DNA of 64,000 nucleotides from a virus. Positions 61,006 to 64,000 of this stretch are shown piece after piece. The number at the start of each line of letters is the position of its first letter. Position 1 is the stretch's first letter. Both the position numbers and the translations under genes were made by a program. The notes beneath the pieces are model-generated. The model made no database searches and was not told the DNA's origin. It was given only the letters and a program-made list of their open reading frames with translations. The DNA lies in IMG/VR virus record IMGVR_UViG_3300028859_000011, positions 32,001 through 96,000 of that record; one strand, 5' to 3'.

Positions 61006-62424
61006 TTATTCTGGTGTTCCCTTCTTTTTTCTTCTTTCTTCATCTTTCTTTCTTTCTTCTTCACGTTCTTTCTCATCTATTTTTTGCAACCAGTTAACAA
61101 ATGCGGTAGCACTTGCATATCCAACAAAATCTTCATATATATTTTTTACTTCATTATATGGTAATTTATTTTTCCAATCAAATCCTCTTTCAAAATAATC
61201 TTCTTCTGATGCCATCTCCCAAGTTCTTGGAGATGTCCAATTTGGAGCTTGACTAACAGTATTTAATCTATGATAATATTCTGGATTTTCAGTAATAAAT
61301 TGTATAAGTTTAGGATTAACTGATTTTATATTTTTTGCATATCCAATCCAATCAGAAGGTCTTGGAGAAAAATTAATATGCTGAAATCTATTCCATAAAA
61401 TTTTATCATCAGTTAAATCACCTGTACTTAAATCTGATCCTCTATTACCTGCAGCAATAACTATCCAATATTGAGGTAATTCATAAGTACCATGTTTACC
61501 ACTTAATGCTAATGATAATGATGCATCAAGTACCATTTGTGGTGCTCTATTCATTTCATCAAAAAACATAATACCACCTTTTCCATTTTTACCATTACTG
61601 GTAGGAAAAATTGATGGTAATTTCCAAACTGTTCTTTCATCTTTTGAATCATCAGATCCAATAATATTTTCAATTTTAGGAATTCCTCTAAAGTCAGTAG
61701 GCTCAATTTGTGATAAATGCCATTCTATTACGGCAATATCTAATTCTTTAGCTACCTGATGTAAAATTTCAGTTTTTCCAATTCCAGGTGCACCCCAAAT
61801 AAATATCGCATTAGTTTTTTTTCTACCAAATTCATTAGATTTTTCTCCTTCTTCTTGATGCCTACCTGCTCTAAGAGCATTCATATTATAAAGTCTTTTT
61901 ACTTCTTCTTTTAATTCAGCAACATCTTCATTAACTACATTTGGATCTGGATGATCTAAACTTACAAAATCTTGATTATCATCAAGTAAACTTTCATTCA
62001 AATATATTTTTGTTAAACTTTCTTTAACTTTTTCTAATTCTTCTATTTCATTATCAACTTTATTTTCTTCTTGATTTTCATCATCTTTAAGTCCAGGAAT
62101 TTCATTTTCTTTTTCATCTTCAACTGTTTCATTATCAACAGGTTCAACATCAGATTGAATTTGAGAATCTTCAATTTCTTTATCAGTTGGTATATCTGAT
62201 ATGTTAGCATATGTTGGAGGACATATTAATTCAATACCTTTTGGTAGTTTTCCTTTTTTCTGTAAATATAATGCATAATATATCCAAGCGTGTTTTCCAA
62301 AATGATTTTTGAAAAAAGAAATTACTTTATTAAAAATATCAGAAAAGACATTTTCATTGATTTTTGCACTTTCATTTGCTCTATATTCTTTAGAAAAATG
62401 ATCATAATTTTTTAATGTTTTCAT
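61006..62424 (-). CDS. MoxR-like AAA+ ATPase (paralog 2)
   Basis: Same motif set as paralog 1, with long stretches of near-identical DNA. Confidence 0.85.
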   Translation of the reverse strand: MKTLKNYDHFSKEYRANESAKINENVFSDIFNKVISFFKNHFGKHAWIYYALYLQKKGKLPKGIELICPPTYANISDIPTDKEIEDSQIQSDVEPVDNETVEDEKENEIPGLKDDENQEENKVDNEIEELEKVKESLTKIYLNESLLDDNQDFVSLDHPDPNVVNEDVAELKEEVKRLYNMNALRAGRHQEEGEKSNEFGRKKTNAIFIWGAPGIGKTEILHQVAKELDIAVIEWHLSQIEPTDFRGIPKIENIIGSDDSKDERTVWKLPSIFPTSNGKNGKGGIMFFDEMNRAPQMVLDASLSLALSGKHGTYELPQYWIVIAAGNRGSDLSTGDLTDDKILWNRFQHINFSPRPSDWIGYAKNIKSVNPKLIQFITENPEYYHRLNTVSQAPNWTSPRTWEMASEEDYFERGFDWKNKLPYNEVKNIYEDFVGYASATAFVNWLQKIDEKEREEERKKDEERRKKKGTPE

Positions 62425-62485
62425 TCTTTGAAATTATTTTTATTTTATATATAAATTTTTCAATTTCCTTTTTTTATTCAAAAAT

Positions 62486-63145
62486 TTATATATTATTTTG
62501 TTTGCTCTCTGATGAATATTTTGCTTGTCTCCATCTAATATCATTCATTGTACCCCAACCTGTTTTATATGAACCTCCATAAATTTTAGGATTAGTACCT
62601 GCAGCTATTTTTACGGCTTTTTCTTTGGCATTCATTAAATGCCACAATTTTTCTCTTTCTGGTACATTTTCTGATCCTGTATAATCTTCAATAGAAACTA
62701 AATCTTCTACATCAAAATCTACATCAGAATTATAATAATCATCAATATCATTACTAAATTTAGTTTTTACTATTTCACCATCTTTTTTAACTACTTCGAT
62801 TCTCCAATCATTATTAAAAATTTTAATATTTAATTCATTTTCAATTTTTCTAATTATTGATTTAAATAATAATATATTTGGATAAATCCAAAAAGATATA
62901 ATTTTACTTTTAGTCCATAATCTTCCAGGATAACTCGGATTCTCTACATCATAACCTGCATTAAAATGTGAATCTTGATAATCACCAAAATAAACATTTA
63001 TTACATTTGTGTGATTATCATTAACTTCACAATAAAAAGGTTTAGAATCTTTATCATCCATATCACATACTTTTTTACCATTCTCATCACGTATATAACT
63101 CGGATTTTCTTTTATTAATTTAAATTCTTTAAATTCTTTAATCAT
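62486..63145 (-). CDS. Hypothetical protein with capsid-targeting-like N-terminus
   Basis: MIKEFKEFKLIKE; GRLW...IISFW. Confidence 0.6.
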   Translation of the reverse strand: MIKEFKEFKLIKENPSYIRDENGKKVCDMDDKDSKPFYCEVNDNHTNVINVYFGDYQDSHFNAGYDVENPSYPGRLWTKSKIISFWIYPNILLFKSIIRKIENELNIKIFNNDWRIEVVKKDGEIVKTKFSNDIDDYYNSDVDFDVEDLVSIEDYTGSENVPEREKLWHLMNAKEKAVKIAAGTNPKIYGGSYKTGWGTMNDIRWRQAKYSSESKQNNI

Positions 63146-63154
63146 AATTTCTAA

Positions 63155-63370
63155 TTATACTTTAATAGGCTTATCATATTTTACTGTTCTTGGATCAAAA
63201 CTTGTATAAACTCCACATGGATAATACTCCTCAACAAAAAAATGTAAAGCTTGTAATAATGCATACTTACTTTTAACATAAGTATATATAACAGGAGCAA
63301 CTCCTTTTTCTCCATGTTTTGATGCTACTTTATTCGAATATATAAAAGTAACATTAGTATATTTCCACAT
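63155..63370 (-). CDS. Hypothetical protein
   Basis: Intact ORF after a TATATA motif. Confidence 0.5.
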   Translation of the reverse strand: MWKYTNVTFIYSNKVASKHGEKGVAPVIYTYVKSKYALLQALHFFVEEYYPCGVYTSFDPRTVKYDKPIKV

Positions 63371-63466
63371 TGTAAAATAATTATTTTTTCTATATATAAA
63401 TTTACAAAATGTTTTTTTATTTGAATTATTATCCTTATATTTACATTAAATAAAAAATATAAATAT

Positions 63467-64000
63467 ATGAATGAAAATATGATTAAAAAATTAGGAACAT
63501 TTAATACTGAAAGTGACGAATTAAGAATAACAGATCCATGTTATGAAAAAACTGTATGGTGCTGTGAAACTTTAAAAAATTGTAATATTGGAGAATGGAC
63601 TTCATTTATAAAATATAATGAAGGTGATAATAGAGTAGCAGAAATTATTACTACTTTTGGAAATGATAGTGTTGATATATTAGATATTATAGAAGAATCA
63701 AAATGGATAGATTCAGGAATTGATGTTGGAGTTGATTCTGGACAATGTGGTATTTTTGACGATTCAAAATATCCAAAAACTAAAGAAGAACTTGGCGAAT
63801 GGGGAGATGAATCATCTTTTTATGGTAAATGTTGTGATCTTACTGATACTTATGAAAAAGGCGGATTGCTAGATTTTGGAGCAGTATCAAGTTCAGGATA
63901 CGGAGATGGTTCATATACTTGTTTATATGCTGAAAAAAATGATAAAATTTCTACAATAAGAATAATATTTATTCCTGATGATGAAGATGAAGATGAAGAA
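63467..64000 (+). CDS. DUF4241-like protein (3' partial, runs off the window)
   Basis: ITDPCY, VGVDSGQCGIFD, SSSGYGDGSY motifs. Confidence 0.7.
   Translation, partial: MNENMIKKLGTFNTESDELRITDPCYEKTVWCCETLKNCNIGEWTSFIKYNEGDNRVAEIITTFGNDSVDILDIIEESKWIDSGIDVGVDSGQCGIFDDSKYPKTKEELGEWGDESSFYGKCCDLTDTYEKGGLLDFGAVSSSGYGDGSYTCLYAEKNDKISTIRIIFIPDDEDEDEE

Overview
This is a very AT-rich (about 20-25% GC by eye), gene-dense 64 kb segment of a jumbo tailed phage read in the standard genetic code. Repeated TTTG-N19/20-TAnnTTTG promoters indicate a Bacteroidota host. Recognisable genes include ClpS, ClpC, ClpP, a ribosomal protein S1-like protein, NusG, thymidine kinase, NAD-dependent DNA ligase, a degenerate peptide deformylase, an adenine methyltransferase, TnpB, two homing-type endonucleases, two ADP-ribosyltransferase-like proteins, two ankyrin proteins, a tail-fibre-like protein with a GT25 glycosyltransferase, and a VWA/metallopeptidase gene with two paralogous MoxR-like AAA+ ATPases. 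Many small genes carry one of two mutually exclusive C-terminal motifs. The standout element is at 43.9-44.6 kb, missed by the ORF track: a 30-codon Leu-rich leader peptide (MKNYNNIMNLLLLNLLLQNNRTESTMSYLL) with a classical 1:2 / 2:3 / 3:4 attenuator fold, directly upstream of five tandem tRNA-Leu genes. It is read here as a phage tRNA operon switched on by ribosome stalling at Leu codons. Two intergenic elements sharing an unrecognised RNA-like motif and a boxA-led structured region are further ncRNA candidates. All product calls come from motif recognition by eye; no searches or folding calculations were run.
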